Shown in pieces: positions 16,209-26,833 of a stretch of DNA of 32,000 bases. The translations under genes and the position numbers were made by a program. Each line of letters opens with the position of its first letter. Positions within the stretch are counted from its first letter, which is position 1. The notes under the pieces are model-generated. The model searched no databases. It saw only the letters and a program-made list of their open reading frames with translations, and was not told the DNA's origin. The stretch is from Candidatus Saganbacteria bacterium (lineage in GTDB: Bacteria > Margulisbacteria > WOR-1 > JAKLHX01). The stretch lies in the NCBI GenBank assembly GCA_026387835.1, contig JAPLKZ010000007.1, forward strand, positions 167,257 through 199,256. The letters run 5' to 3'.

Positions 16209-18017
16209 TTAATCCTTAAAACTTGATCCCAGCAACCTGTGCTTTATTGCATGTCCTATGAATTTTACGAGATTTGCCTGTCTTTTTATTCTTTTGGGTT
16301 CTTTAGTCAGGCGGTAAAGCCATTCCAGCCCGATCTTGCGGACTATTTCAGGAGCTCTTTTTGCCCTGCCTGATATTACATCAAGGCTCCCTCCGATGAC
16401 CATGCTGACGGGTATCCCGAGCTCTTTATAATGTTTTGCCAGCCATTTTTCCTGCCTTGGAGCGCCGAGACCGACGAAAAGTATATCAGGTCTTAATGCT
16501 TTTATCCCGCGGATTACGTCCTTCTCCTCATTATCCCTGAAATAACCGTGAAGCGTTCCGACCACATTGACGCCTTGAAGTTTCTTTACGGCCTTTTCAG
16601 CGACTCCCGGAGCAGATCCGAGTAAAAAGACTTTATATCCTTTTTCTTTTGAAAGTTCCAAAAGTCTTATCATGAGGTCTATTCCTGCGACCCTTTCAAT
16701 AAGCGGCATATTAAGAAGTTTTGCCGCTCCGACGACGCCGATACCGTCTGGAATGCCGATATCGGCCGAGTTGATTATTTCACGCAGCTCGGTATCTTTC
16801 TGGGCCGCCATGATTATTTCAGGATTAGTGGAGAGTACCAGGCGGGGTTTTCTGCCGCGGATATATCCTTCGATCATTTCGGCCGCGGCTTCGAGGCCGA
16901 TATTGTTGACCTTAACCCCAAAAAGATAGATCTCTTTCATAGTATCGGCGAACTCGAAGAAAGCGCTGAAATTCAATTCTGCTCTCTTTATAAGTATCTT
17001 GGCATTTTCTTTTATTAATGAGACATAATGGTCTCTATTTTCGTAGACCTCGTCAAAAGCCCTTATCATATCATCGGCGGAGAAATTGAGCCCCAGTAAC
17101 GGGCAGTCGATCTCTTTCATCAGATTATCGACCTTAGGGTCATAGTCTATTCCGATCATTGGAACATGTGAAACCGAAGCAAATATCAGGCAGTGAAGCC
17201 TCATGCCTATCAGGACGTCAAGTTTTGATATCAGGCACATCAGGTCTTTTGCCTCGTGCACCTGCGCCAGGATCCCTGGCCTGTGCTTCATAAGGGAAGC
17301 GACGTTTGCGGATTCATCGGCATCAACGGGCTGCTGGAAAGGGATGAAAATGACATTAGCATGATGTTTTTCAACTATACGATCAAGCGCTGAAGCGAGC
17401 CTCATGTACATGTCAGGAGACCTGTGTTTGAGCGGCCTTATGCAGACCCCGACCAAAGGCTTGCGGCCAAGGTCGAGATTTTCTTTCTTTAAGAGTTCTT
17501 CGATGCTGCCTTTTTCAAGGAGGAACGCCGGGTCGGCTGCGATCAGCATCAAAGGTCTGTTCACCCGGTCTTTCTGAAGGGCAACAAAAGAACCGAAATC
17601 CCTTACCGTGATAAGGGTGACATTGTTCAGAATATTCCTGACAAGCCATTTGTTGACGGTTCTTTTCACGGGGCCGTAACCTTGCCCCATGACCGCGACC
17701 TTCTTCTTTAATAACAGACCGAGCCAGATGATCCCGAGATAATAAGGGATGGACAAAGGCCCTGTAATGTCCTGCAGCAGTCCTCCCCCTCCGCTGATAA
17801 GCGTATCGCAGGACATTATCTCTTTGACAACCTGAAAAACGGAGAACCTTCTTATAGATCTTACATTGAACTTTTTAGAGGTCGCTCTCGGGTCGGCGGA
17901 CAGAACAGTGGCCCTTATTTTTGGATTGCTCTTCTTTAGACGGGTGATGATAGATTCAAGAATTGCTTCATCGCCGGTATTCCCTGTGCCGTAATAACCG
18001 GATATGACTACCTTCAT
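16209..18017 (-). CDS. Fusion of CsaB-type polysaccharide pyruvyltransferase and WecG/TagA/CpsF-type glycosyltransferase, 602 aa
   Basis: N-terminal GYYGTGNTGDEAIL / SGGGGLLQD / MRLHCLIFA (CsaB) and C-terminal NPEIIMAA / IPDGIGVV / ERVAGIDLM / FVGLGAPRQEKW / GGSLDVISG (WecG/TagA). Confidence 0.92.
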   Translation of the reverse strand: MKVVISGYYGTGNTGDEAILESIITRLKKSNPKIRATVLSADPRATSKKFNVRSIRRFSVFQVVKEIMSCDTLISGGGGLLQDITGPLSIPYYLGIIWLGLLLKKKVAVMGQGYGPVKRTVNKWLVRNILNNVTLITVRDFGSFVALQKDRVNRPLMLIAADPAFLLEKGSIEELLKKENLDLGRKPLVGVCIRPLKHRSPDMYMRLASALDRIVEKHHANVIFIPFQQPVDADESANVASLMKHRPGILAQVHEAKDLMCLISKLDVLIGMRLHCLIFASVSHVPMIGIDYDPKVDNLMKEIDCPLLGLNFSADDMIRAFDEVYENRDHYVSLIKENAKILIKRAELNFSAFFEFADTMKEIYLFGVKVNNIGLEAAAEMIEGYIRGRKPRLVLSTNPEIIMAAQKDTELREIINSADIGIPDGIGVVGAAKLLNMPLIERVAGIDLMIRLLELSKEKGYKVFLLGSAPGVAEKAVKKLQGVNVVGTLHGYFRDNEEKDVIRGIKALRPDILFVGLGAPRQEKWLAKHYKELGIPVSMVIGGSLDVISGRAKRAPEIVRKIGLEWLYRLTKEPKRIKRQANLVKFIGHAIKHRLLGSSFKD

Positions 18018-20020
18018 ATTTTAATAAGCTTTTTTGCCGCCAGGTATAAGCAGTAATAGATCAGTCCGAATAAGAGTCCGAGTATTAAGCCATATGCCGA
18101 CCTTATAAGCGATATCAAAAGCGGCGAATGCACATGGCAGAAAGTATTGACCGTTGAGACAGGTGCGACCATGCCGATCACAAGGAAAGGCCACAGCCAT
18201 TTTTTGCCGCCCGACAAAAAGTAGATGGCTCCCAGGAACAGCGCCGGATATCCTATGAGGAACTCTTTGGTCCGCGGCCTTATCAGCATTATTTTCTCAA
18301 GGAATGTCCTCGCGAGTTTTTCGGTGTCCAATATGCCTATGCCGAAATTGCCGCTGCGCAATATGTAGAGAGCGGCGACGCCCAAAAGCACTGCGGCTAC
18401 AATGACGGCCAGTACAGTTATCGGTGAATTGAGCCACTCCGTCAGGTCATCTTTCAGGCTTTTTATCTCATCCTTTTCGATGACCGCGCAATAGAATGCG
18501 ACCAACAGGACCGGCAGAATGAAAGCCAGCTTTATCCCGGTAAATTGCTGGGAGCCCACCATGAAAATCGTGTCCGCCAAGAAGCCTACTATCAGGACAG
18601 CTCCCGCCATGCTTATGCAATAAACTGAGATCACCATGAGAACGGCTTTTGCGAACGGCGGGAAAAACTGTTTATCCATCTGCTTTATCTTAAACACGGA
18701 AGTGATGGCGAGTGTCGGAAAGACCACCGCGCAGCACAAAGCGGCCATTTTCTGAAAAAACACTGCCCCCCCTATCGCATTAAAAGCCAGCGGTTTTATT
18801 ACCGAAACTGCCAGGACGAGCAATATAAACCACAGAGGGACCTGCCATAACACAGAAAGCAAAAGGATGATCCCCGCGCTTAGACCCAGCGTCAACAATA
18901 CCATGGAAGGAGCCTTTAGACTTATCAATCCCGGCCTGTCTGCCTTTCCGATGGAATGAGATGTTTTAAGCATCAAGGTCCGTATGGATCTCACATAATC
19001 AGTGTTCGTTGAAGTCAGGTTCTTCCCGGCATCGGGGATATAGAAAGGTCTTATGAAAAGAAGCCTTACCCCTCTTTCGTTCACGGCGCGGTCAAAACGG
19101 TCTATTGCCTCCTGTTTTATCATCTTTTTAAGCATCTCGTCCTCGGAGATGCTGTGGACCCTGATAATATCGGTCCTCAGGTATTTTAAAAGTTCGCTGT
19201 CCCCTTTTTGCTCGGCCATCTCGATATAGCCGTAATTGATACCTGATGAAATAATAGCTTTTGCGACCCCGGGGATGTTGTTCTTATAGCCGGCAACCTC
19301 TTCGCCGTCAAAAATCACCGTAGTGAAAGGCCCTTCGGAACGAAGGATCTCCAGTTTTTTTTGGACGATCTTGCCGTTAAGCCGGAAATTGTTCTTCAGG
19401 CGCGGAAGGACAAAAAAGCCGCGGTCAATTACAAATTTGAAAGCCTGCGGTGATATTCCAAGCCCCAGTTCCATCAGGTCTTCTTCATCATCGGTTATCT
19501 CAAGCTCATCAGGAACTGTCAGACTTACATTCCTTTTTCCGAGGACGATCTCAAGCTGGGACTTTATCCGGTTTAAAACATCCATGTCTTCAGTGATAGC
19601 GTAGCTCAGCGAAGGATTTGGTTTGGCCTCTCTTTTTGGTGTCTTTAAAAGCGGATTACTTATACTTTTTGCGTAAGATGAAAGTCTGCCTTTTATCTTA
19701 TAGGTCTTGCTTATATTCCGGAGAGTGTCCTGTTCATAGCCGGTAAGCCATGAAAGCTTTCCCTGAAGTTCAAGAGTTTCAAGAGTATCTTCGGCCAGCG
19801 CTATCGATGTTATACCGGCGTCTTTAAACTGTCTTAGAACCGCATCTACAGGGAGGCCGTCGCGCAGGGAGATCTTTTTGATGTCACTGAGGTCCATAGC
19901 GAGTTCAACCGAGGTGTTCTTTGCCTCGACAACTATCCTTTTGTAGCCCTCTATAGCACCGGCGGCGACACCAATAGCAAGTATTGCGATAAGAAGATAT
20001 AAAATTATTTTGTTCTTCAT
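18014..20020 (-). CDS. DUF5693-like multi-pass membrane protein, 668 aa
   Basis: N-terminal TM, large extracytoplasmic-like domain (KDAGITSIALAEDTLETL, TDIIRVHSI, RGVRLLFIRPF), then many C-terminal TMs with HVHSPLLISL. Overlaps the next gene by 4 nt. Confidence 0.7.
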   Translation of the reverse strand: MKNKIILYLLIAILAIGVAAGAIEGYKRIVVEAKNTSVELAMDLSDIKKISLRDGLPVDAVLRQFKDAGITSIALAEDTLETLELQGKLSWLTGYEQDTLRNISKTYKIKGRLSSYAKSISNPLLKTPKREAKPNPSLSYAITEDMDVLNRIKSQLEIVLGKRNVSLTVPDELEITDDEEDLMELGLGISPQAFKFVIDRGFFVLPRLKNNFRLNGKIVQKKLEILRSEGPFTTVIFDGEEVAGYKNNIPGVAKAIISSGINYGYIEMAEQKGDSELLKYLRTDIIRVHSISEDEMLKKMIKQEAIDRFDRAVNERGVRLLFIRPFYIPDAGKNLTSTNTDYVRSIRTLMLKTSHSIGKADRPGLISLKAPSMVLLTLGLSAGIILLLSVLWQVPLWFILLVLAVSVIKPLAFNAIGGAVFFQKMAALCCAVVFPTLAITSVFKIKQMDKQFFPPFAKAVLMVISVYCISMAGAVLIVGFLADTIFMVGSQQFTGIKLAFILPVLLVAFYCAVIEKDEIKSLKDDLTEWLNSPITVLAVIVAAVLLGVAALYILRSGNFGIGILDTEKLARTFLEKIMLIRPRTKEFLIGYPALFLGAIYFLSGGKKWLWPFLVIGMVAPVSTVNTFCHVHSPLLISLIRSAYGLILGLLFGLIYYCLYLAAKKLIKI

Positions 20021-20026
20021 CGTTTA

Positions 20027-21367
20027 TCAGACCTTCGGAAGATCTTTCAAGGCCTCCCGGACAAGCTCTTCGGGATATTCAAAATCCTCAAGCTTTCCCT
20101 CGAGATAATTGTCGTACGCTGCAAGGTCAAAATGACCGTGCCCGCTAAGGTTAAAGACGATGCATTTGTCTTCGTTCTTTAAAGCTTCGTCGATAGCCGC
20201 TCTGATCGCGTGCGCTGTTTCGGGAGCGGGCAGGATTCCCTCGGTCTTTGCGAACAGGACCGCGGCTTCGAATACTGTTGTCTGCTTGACTGCTTTCGCT
20301 TCTATCAATTTCTTTTTTACCAGCATAGAAAGTATGGGCGCCATGCCGTGATAGCGCAGACCTCCTGCGTGAATGCCCGGGGGCATGAAACCATGGCCGA
20401 GGGTGTACATTTTTACCATCGGGGCAAGTTTAGCGGTGTCGCCGAAATCATAGGCATACGGGCCTTTTGTCAAGGTCGGGCATGCGGACGGTTCTACCGC
20501 TATCATCTTTATATTTTTCCCTTTCATCTTTTCGGATATGAACGGGATAGCAAAGCCGCCGAAATTGCTGCCTCCGCCGACACATCCGATAAGGACATCC
20601 GGATTTTCACCGGCAATTTTTAGCTGTTCCTTTGTCTCGAGGCCGACAACGGTCTGGTGAAGAAGCACGTGGTTCAGAACGCTGCCTAGCGAGTATCTTG
20701 CGTCGTCATGGGTCGCTGCGTCCTCTACGGCTTCAGATATTGCCATTCCCAGGCTTCCGTTGCTGTCAGGGTCAGCCTTTAAAATTCCTCTTCCGGCATT
20801 TGTCAGATTAGACGGGGAAGCATGTACTTCAGCACCCCAGACCTTCATCAGGGATTTCCTGTAAGGCTTCTGGTGGTAACTGACCTTTACCATATAGACC
20901 GTGCATTTCATTCCGAACACGTTGCATCCGAAAGCGATGGACGATCCCCACTGCCCTGCCCCGGTCTCGGTTGTTATCCTTTTTACGCCTTCCTGCTTGT
21001 TGTAATAAGCCTGGGCTACCGCTGTGTTCATCTTATGACTGCCTGCCGGGCTTACGCTTTCATTTTTATAATATATCCTTGACTTTGTCTTAAGCGCTTT
21101 TTCAAGCCTTCTTGCCCGTACGAGCGGCGTTGGCCTCCACAATTTAAGTACATCGACAACGTCATCCGGTATCTCTATCCACTTTTCCGGGCTCATCTCC
21201 TGCCGGATCAACGCCATCGGGAACAAAGGCGCGAGGTCAGCAGGTCCGAGCGGCTTTCCCGTTCCTGGATGGAGCGGGGGCGGCAGCTCGCCCGGAAAAT
21301 CGGACATAATATTGTACCATTTCTGCGGTATCGCGCTGAGAGGAAGTATCACCCTGTCTTTTTCCAT
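20027..21367 (-). CDS. trpB: TrpB-like pyridoxal-phosphate enzyme (TrpB2 type tryptophan synthase beta)
   Basis: GRPTPL-like [48 protein letters not shown]; TrpB2-like extended N-terminus. No trpA in the window. Confidence 0.9.
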   Translation of the reverse strand: MEKDRVILPLSAIPQKWYNIMSDFPGELPPPLHPGTGKPLGPADLAPLFPMALIRQEMSPEKWIEIPDDVVDVLKLWRPTPLVRARRLEKALKTKSRIYYKNESVSPAGSHKMNTAVAQAYYNKQEGVKRITTETGAGQWGSSIAFGCNVFGMKCTVYMVKVSYHQKPYRKSLMKVWGAEVHASPSNLTNAGRGILKADPDSNGSLGMAISEAVEDAATHDDARYSLGSVLNHVLLHQTVVGLETKEQLKIAGENPDVLIGCVGGGSNFGGFAIPFISEKMKGKNIKMIAVEPSACPTLTKGPYAYDFGDTAKLAPMVKMYTLGHGFMPPGIHAGGLRYHGMAPILSMLVKKKLIEAKAVKQTTVFEAAVLFAKTEGILPAPETAHAIRAAIDEALKNEDKCIVFNLSGHGHFDLAAYDNYLEGKLEDFEYPEELVREALKDLPKV

Positions 21368-21403
21368 TATTTTTCTCCTTTTATAACTATATATATTACC
21401 ATA

Positions 21404-22498
21404 TTATAGTTTGGATTTTAGAAATGCCTCGATGAATATGTCGATGTCGCCGTCCATCACTTTTTGGACGTTGCCGGTCTCAGCCCCTGTCCTGTGGTCT
21501 TTTACCAGCTGGTACGGGGCAAAAACATATGACCGTATCTGGCTGCCCCAGGCGATCTGTTTCTGTTCGCCGCGGAGCTCTTCGATCTTTTCTTTCTGTT
21601 CCTGTTCAAGCCTGTCTTTTAATCTCGCGAACAAAAGCGTCATGGCGATCTCTTTATTCCTGTGCTGCGACGGGCTTGCCTGCGACTGGGAGATGAGCCC
21701 CGTCGGCAGGTGGGTTATCCTTATTGCGGAGCTGGTCTTGTTCACGTTCTGTCCGCCCGGTCCTCCCGCGCGGAAAGTGTCTATCCTCAGGTCTTCGGGC
21801 TTAATTTCGACATTCAGTTCCTGGCCTGTTTCGGGTATGACTTCTACAGCGGTAAAAGAGGTATGGCGCTTGCCGTCAGAGTTAAAAGGAGACATCCTTA
21901 CAAGCCGGTGGATCCCTGTCTCGGCTTTCAGGTATCCGTAAGCGTAAAGGCCTTTGACAAAGACCACTGCGCTTTTTATGCCGGCCTGCTCTCCGTATGA
22001 TATATCGGCGATCTCGATCTCATAGCCTTTTGACTGGGCCCATCTCGAATACATGCGAAGCAGTATCTGCGCCCAGTCCTGCGCGTCGGTGCCTCCGGCA
22101 CCCGCGTTTATCGCAAGTATGGCGTTTGACGGGTCGTGCTCCCCGCCGAGCAGCGCGGAGATCTCCATCTCACCCATCTTTTTTTTGAGCTCTTCAAGGT
22201 CTTTTTTTATCTCGGGTTCTACTGAAAGATCGTTTTCCTTGGCAGCTATATCGGTAAGGGTCTCTATCTCATCCAATTTTGAGTCAAGAGTCTTTATTAT
22301 GGTTATCTTGTCGTTTGTCGCTTTTAATTCCTGAAAGATCTTCTGGGCGTTCTTTGGATCATCCCAGATGCCCTCTTTTGAAGACACAGCCTCGAGCTCT
22401 TTTTGCCTTTCAAGCAGCTTCCCCAGCTCGAAGTGTTTTTTAAGCTCCCCTGCCTTTATCTTTAGCTCTTCTATTTCGGTCTTTATTTCATGCAGCAT
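21404..22498 (-). CDS. prfB: Peptide chain release factor 2, no programmed frameshift
   Basis: [46 protein letters not shown]. The ATG at 22498 ([11 protein letters not shown]) is likely; the listed ORF extends to 22531, inside secA. Confidence 0.93.
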   Translation of the reverse strand: MLHEIKTEIEELKIKAGELKKHFELGKLLERQKELEAVSSKEGIWDDPKNAQKIFQELKATNDKITIIKTLDSKLDEIETLTDIAAKENDLSVEPEIKKDLEELKKKMGEMEISALLGGEHDPSNAILAINAGAGGTDAQDWAQILLRMYSRWAQSKGYEIEIADISYGEQAGIKSAVVFVKGLYAYGYLKAETGIHRLVRMSPFNSDGKRHTSFTAVEVIPETGQELNVEIKPEDLRIDTFRAGGPGGQNVNKTSSAIRITHLPTGLISQSQASPSQHRNKEIAMTLLFARLKDRLEQEQKEKIEELRGEQKQIAWGSQIRSYVFAPYQLVKDHRTGAETGNVQKVMDGDIDIFIEAFLKSKL

Positions 22499-24993
22499 TT
22501 TTTGTATTTCTTCCCGCTGCCGCACGGGCACGGGTCGTTTCTTCCTGTCTTTTCCCCTGTCAATATGGGCTGCTGCCTGGAAGATGTGTCTGCAAACGCT
22601 CCGTACGAGATGTTCTTTGCCTTTTGTTTTACGGGCTCGACTTCATGAACTATCTGGAGCTTGAATATGAGGCTGATTATCTCTTTTCTGGCATTCGCCA
22701 TCATCTCCTGGAACATGCCGAAAGACTCCATCTTATATTCTATAAGCGGATCTTTCTGGCCCCAGGCCCTCAGGCCGATGCCGTCCCTTAGGGCGTCCAT
22801 GTTATGCAGCTGGTCTATCCAGTTGTCGTCTATCACCTTCAGCATCACAAAGCGCTGGATCTCCTCGATATTTTCTGCGCCCACCTGTTCGACCCTCTTT
22901 TTATAGGTCTCTTTTAAGAACGCTTCGATCCCCGCTTTCAGGTCTTCCTGTTTCTTGTAATCCCTTAATTGAAGTTCTGTTCCGGTGAACGGGACAGTAT
23001 CCTTTAGAAGATTTTCAAGGCCTTCCATGTCCCATTCTTCATGCCTTATCTTCGGCGAAGAATGGGCGTCTGCAAGGTCCTGGCTGAAACTTGAGATCAT
23101 TTCCAGCACTTTGTCGGTAAGATCCGCGCCTTCCAGTATGCGGCGTCTTATGCCGTAGATCGCTTCCCTTTGCTTGTTCATCACGTCGTCGTATTCCAGT
23201 ATCTGTTTCCTCATGGAGAAATGATATTCCTCGACTTTTTTCTGAGCGTTCTCTATCGCGCGGGATATCAGGCCATGCTCGATGGGAGTCCCCTCTTCCA
23301 TTCCGAGCCGCTCCATGATCGTCTTGATCCTGTCGGAGCCGAACAGCTTCATAAGATCGTCTTCAAGCGAGACATAGAACCTTGAAGACCCCGGGTCCCC
23401 CTGCCTGCCGCTCCTGCCCCGCAGCTGGTTGTCTATACGCCTGCTCTCGTGGCGTTCTGACCCGATAATATGAAGTCCTCCCAGGGTCGCGATGCCTTCA
23501 CCGAGGACGATATCCGTTCCTCTTCCGGCCATGTTCGTGGCTATTGTGACAGCTTGCTTCTGGCCGGCTTTTGCTATTATCTCGGCTTCCTTTTCGTGAT
23601 GCTTGGCGTTCAGGACATGGTGAGGGATCCCCTTTCTTTTCATGATCCCGGAAAGGAGCTCGGAATTTTCAATAGAGATGGTCCCTACGAGCACGGGCCT
23701 TCCTATCTTATACAAATCCACGATCTCGTTCGAGATAGCGGTAAACTTTTCCTTTTTCGTTTTATAGATCACATCGGAATGATCGGTCCTGACCATTTTC
23801 ATATGAGTAGGTATCTCTACGACTTCGAGGTTGTATATCTTCCCGAACTCCGCTTCCTCGGTCATTGCCGTGCCTGTCATGCCGGCAAGCTTTTTGTAAA
23901 GGCGGAAATAATTCTGGAAAGTGATCGTGGCCAGCGTCTGGCTTTCAGACCTGATCTGAACGCCTTCTTTTGCCTCGATCGCCTGGTGCAGCCCTTCGCT
24001 GAAGCGCCTGCCGGTCATAAGGCGGCCGGTGAACTCGTCCACGATTATGATCTCACCGTCCTTAACGATATAATCGACATCTTTCTTGAAGGGATGATGC
24101 GCTTTGAGGGATTCCGTGATGCTGTGCGCCAGGTCCATATTCTCCACATCGTAAAGGCAGGCAAGGCCAAGAAGTTTTTCAACTTTTTTTATGCCTGTCT
24201 CGGTCAGGACGGCGTTCTTTGTTTTTTCATCGACCGTGAAATCAAGGTCTTTCTGGAGCTTTCTCGAGGTCTGGTCGGCTTTATAATACATCTGTGTGTC
24301 TTCATCCACCATGCCGGAGATTATTAAAGGTGTCCTTGCTTCGTCTATCAAGATATTGTCGACTTCGTCGACGATGGCAAAATTGAGTTCCCTCTGGACG
24401 CAGTCGTTTATCGACGTGGCCATGTTGTCGCGCAGGTAATCGAACCCGAACTCGTTGTTCGTTCCGTAAACAATATCGCAGCCGTATGCGGCTTTGCGGT
24501 CTGTATTGTCCATATCGTTTTGAACAGTACCGACAGTCAGCCCGAGGAATTTATATATCGGCCCCATCCACTCGCTGTCGCGTTTTGCAAGATAATCGTT
24601 CACCGTTATCAGATGGCAGCCTTTTCCTGTGAGGGTATTGAGGTACATCGGCAGTGTCGCCACGAGTGTTTTTCCTTCACCCGTTTTCATCTCCGATATC
24701 TTCCCGTGATGGAGCACGATACCGCCAAGAAGCTGAACATCGAAATGGCGCAGTCCTGTAGTCCGGACCGATGCCTCCCTTACTGCCGCGTAAGCTTCCG
24801 GCAGCAGTTCGTCAAGCGTTTCACCGTTCTTGATCCTGTCCCTGAACTCCGTTGTCTTGCCGGCGAGTTGTTCGTCCGAAAGCTTCTTCATATCCTCTTC
24901 AAATGAATTTATCTTTTGGACGACAGCGTGAAGATGCCGGGTTTTTTTCTCGGGAGAGACCCCCAATAGACGAGCCATCAGTTTAAGGAGCAT
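22483..24993 (-). CDS. secA: Preprotein translocase subunit SecA
   Basis: [42 protein letters not shown]-terminal zinc-binding [18 protein letters not shown]. Confidence 0.98.
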   Translation of the reverse strand: MLLKLMARLLGVSPEKKTRHLHAVVQKINSFEEDMKKLSDEQLAGKTTEFRDRIKNGETLDELLPEAYAAVREASVRTTGLRHFDVQLLGGIVLHHGKISEMKTGEGKTLVATLPMYLNTLTGKGCHLITVNDYLAKRDSEWMGPIYKFLGLTVGTVQNDMDNTDRKAAYGCDIVYGTNNEFGFDYLRDNMATSINDCVQRELNFAIVDEVDNILIDEARTPLIISGMVDEDTQMYYKADQTSRKLQKDLDFTVDEKTKNAVLTETGIKKVEKLLGLACLYDVENMDLAHSITESLKAHHPFKKDVDYIVKDGEIIIVDEFTGRLMTGRRFSEGLHQAIEAKEGVQIRSESQTLATITFQNYFRLYKKLAGMTGTAMTEEAEFGKIYNLEVVEIPTHMKMVRTDHSDVIYKTKKEKFTAISNEIVDLYKIGRPVLVGTISIENSELLSGIMKRKGIPHHVLNAKHHEKEAEIIAKAGQKQAVTIATNMAGRGTDIVLGEGIATLGGLHIIGSERHESRRIDNQLRGRSGRQGDPGSSRFYVSLEDDLMKLFGSDRIKTIMERLGMEEGTPIEHGLISRAIENAQKKVEEYHFSMRKQILEYDDVMNKQREAIYGIRRRILEGADLTDKVLEMISSFSQDLADAHSSPKIRHEEWDMEGLENLLKDTVPFTGTELQLRDYKKQEDLKAGIEAFLKETYKKRVEQVGAENIEEIQRFVMLKVIDDNWIDQLHNMDALRDGIGLRAWGQKDPLIEYKMESFGMFQEMMANARKEIISLIFKLQIVHEVEPVKQKAKNISYGAFADTSSRQQPILTGEKTGRNDPCPCGSGKKYKKCCMK

Positions 24994-25018
24994 TTATGCC
25001 TCTGGGTTCCAGGCCGGT

Positions 25019-25390
25019 TCACAAACCTTCGTCGGCCTTGATGATATTGTCGTGGAGTATCTGTTTTGTCTTTGCGGATTCGCGTCTTTTTTCGTGTATC
25101 AGCTTATCCTTGAACTTTTTTATCTGCTGGTCGATCTTGTCGATTATCATGTCTATTGAGGCGTACATATTATCGGAAGACTCGGTGGCGTGAAGCTTTG
25201 TCCCGGAAGCCCATACTGTCACCTTTGCGATCTGCCTCTCGGTCTCCTCTTTTATCTTGTTCACGTCCAGCTCGATCTCGATCTTCTGTATATTGTGAAA
25301 AAAATGCTCTATCTTCGTGAGCTTCTTTTCCGCGTAATCTTTCAGAGCGGACGAGAGTTCCGTGCCTTTTGACGATATATTGATCTGCAT
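25019..25390 (-). CDS. hpf: Ribosome hibernation promoting factor, short form (HPF/RaiA), 123 aa
   Basis: MQINISSKGTELSSALKDYAEKKLTKIEHFF and YASIDMIIDKIDQQIKKFKDKL typical of the S30AE/RaiA domain. Confidence 0.9.
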   Translation of the reverse strand: MQINISSKGTELSSALKDYAEKKLTKIEHFFHNIQKIEIELDVNKIKEETERQIAKVTVWASGTKLHATESSDNMYASIDMIIDKIDQQIKKFKDKLIHEKRRESAKTKQILHDNIIKADEGL

Positions 25391-25411
25391 TTTTTGCCCT
25401 CCGATGTTGAA

Positions 25412-25420
25412 ATTATATCA
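25412..25420 (-). promoter_or_regulatory. Extended -10 element TGATATAAT upstream of hpf
   Basis: Reverse complement of attatatca; Shine-Dalgarno ggaggg lies between it and the hpf start. Confidence 0.5.
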
Positions 25421-26084
25421 TATGGCGGATAGTGGGCGGTGAAGAATTAGATAAACATATAAGTACAGCTTTAGAAAGAAGGATAGAACGGACATTTTTA
25501 GCGCCGTTGTCGAGCAGTGTTTTGCTGCATTCATTGATAGTGGCGCCGGTTGTATATATATCATCAATAAGTATGATATTTTTATTGAATATCATTCCTC
25601 TGTTGATCATGCTGAAAGCACCCTTAATATTTTTGAGCCTTTCATTTTTGTGAAGGCCGAATTGAGGCTTGGTTTCTTTTTTCCTTATCAGCACGTTAGA
25701 ATATACAGGTGCATCTAATTTAACAGACAGCGGACCTGAGATCATTTCAGATTGATTGAAACCTCTCTGTTTATGCCTGTTTTCATGTAGAGGAACAGGG
25801 ATGATGCAGTCCGCTTTAACGCGGGGAGCATTTTCCGCGATAATATTCCCAAGGACCTCCGCGATGCGTCTCTTTTTTCTGAATTTGAGGCATTTGATCG
25901 CTTTTTTAATGACGCCGCTATATTCCGTAATAAAAGTTGTATTATCTTTTGTCTCGCAAATAAACTTTATTTTGTTCTGACAACTAAAACAGAACGGTTT
26001 GCCGTCAATATTTCCGCAAACATAACATTTTGAAGGAAATAAAAAATTCAGCAGATATGATAAGAAATTCGATAATTTATCCAT
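25413..26084 (-). CDS. comF: ComF-family phosphoribosyltransferase-like protein, 223 aa
   Basis: CYVCGNIDGKPFCFSCQNKIKF zinc motif, ADCIIPVPLHENRHKQRGFNQSEM, IILIDDIYTTGATINECSKTL PRPP-binding motif. Confidence 0.92.
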   Translation of the reverse strand: MDKLSNFLSYLLNFLFPSKCYVCGNIDGKPFCFSCQNKIKFICETKDNTTFITEYSGVIKKAIKCLKFRKKRRIAEVLGNIIAENAPRVKADCIIPVPLHENRHKQRGFNQSEMISGPLSVKLDAPVYSNVLIRKKETKPQFGLHKNERLKNIKGAFSMINRGMIFNKNIILIDDIYTTGATINECSKTLLDNGAKNVRSILLSKAVLICLSNSSPPTIRHMI

Positions 26085-26170
26085 TTATATTCCGCCAAGC
26101 ACTAATATTCCCAGCAATCTGTCCGCCACACTGCCCTGTGAAAAGGCGGTAGCAGGAGCAGGTATTTTTG

Positions 26171-26199
26171 TTGAATTTCACCTACTCCCGTGATATATT
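26171..26199 (+). promoter_or_regulatory. Candidate promoter TTGAAT-17-TATATT upstream of the AlbA_2 gene
   Basis: TTGAAT 26171-26176, TATATT 26194-26199, ATG at 26206. Confidence 0.45.
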
Positions 26200-26205
26200 A
26201 TTGCC

Positions 26206-26829
26206 ATGACAACCTGGGAAGAAATCGTTGAACTGCTCGAGCAGGGTGAAGGCCAGTCGGTCGAATTCGAGAAGAATATACCCTCAGATGACGATATCGC
26301 CAGGGAACTCGTCGCTTTTTCAAATTCTGACGGAGGAAGGCTTATCCTTGGCATCGATGACAAGAACAAACACCTTATCGGGATAGACCCGGATGATAAC
26401 TTCTCTAACTGGATCGCAAATGTCGGCAATGTCAGGTGCGTTCCCAAGATCAACCCGGGTGTTGAAATTTTCAACAGGGGCACTCAGAAGATCGCGATCA
26501 TAACCATCCATGAAGGCGACGAAAAACCGTATAAAACCGATGATATCTGCTATATAAGGGACGGTTCGCTGTCACGGCCCGCGAAAGAACGCGAGGAGCA
26601 GGAGATCACAAGTCCGTGGTCAGGCCACGGGCTGAACAAGCGCCAGAAAAGGATCCTTGACTATGTGACCGAGCACAGCACTATATCTAACAAAGAATAC
26701 AGAGAGATGTTCAATATCTCGCACAAGACGGCCCACCTTGAGCTGACGATGCTGGCGGATAAAAAGATCCTCGTCTGCCAGGGCGCCGGCAGGTCCACCA
26801 GATATATCCTTCCCGCAAGCAACGAATAG
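26206..26829 (+). CDS. AlbA_2 (Schlafen-like, ATP-binding) domain protein with C-terminal winged-helix-like region, 207 aa
   Basis: ESVEFEKN-like GQSVEFEKNIPSDDDIARELVAFSNSDGGRLILGIDDKNKHLIG; YIRDGSLSRPA; C-terminal LNKRQKRILDYVTEHSTISNKEYREMFNISHKTAHLELTMLADKKIL. Ends in TAG. Confidence 0.85.
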   Translation: MTTWEEIVELLEQGEGQSVEFEKNIPSDDDIARELVAFSNSDGGRLILGIDDKNKHLIGIDPDDNFSNWIANVGNVRCVPKINPGVEIFNRGTQKIAIITIHEGDEKPYKTDDICYIRDGSLSRPAKEREEQEITSPWSGHGLNKRQKRILDYVTEHSTISNKEYREMFNISHKTAHLELTMLADKKILVCQGAGRSTRYILPASNE

Positions 26830-26833
26830 GTAT

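Noticed and set aside
23470-24327. 285-aa plus-strand ORF
   Set aside because: Fully antisense to conserved secA motifs ([13 protein letters not shown] region); typical shadow ORF with no independent support.
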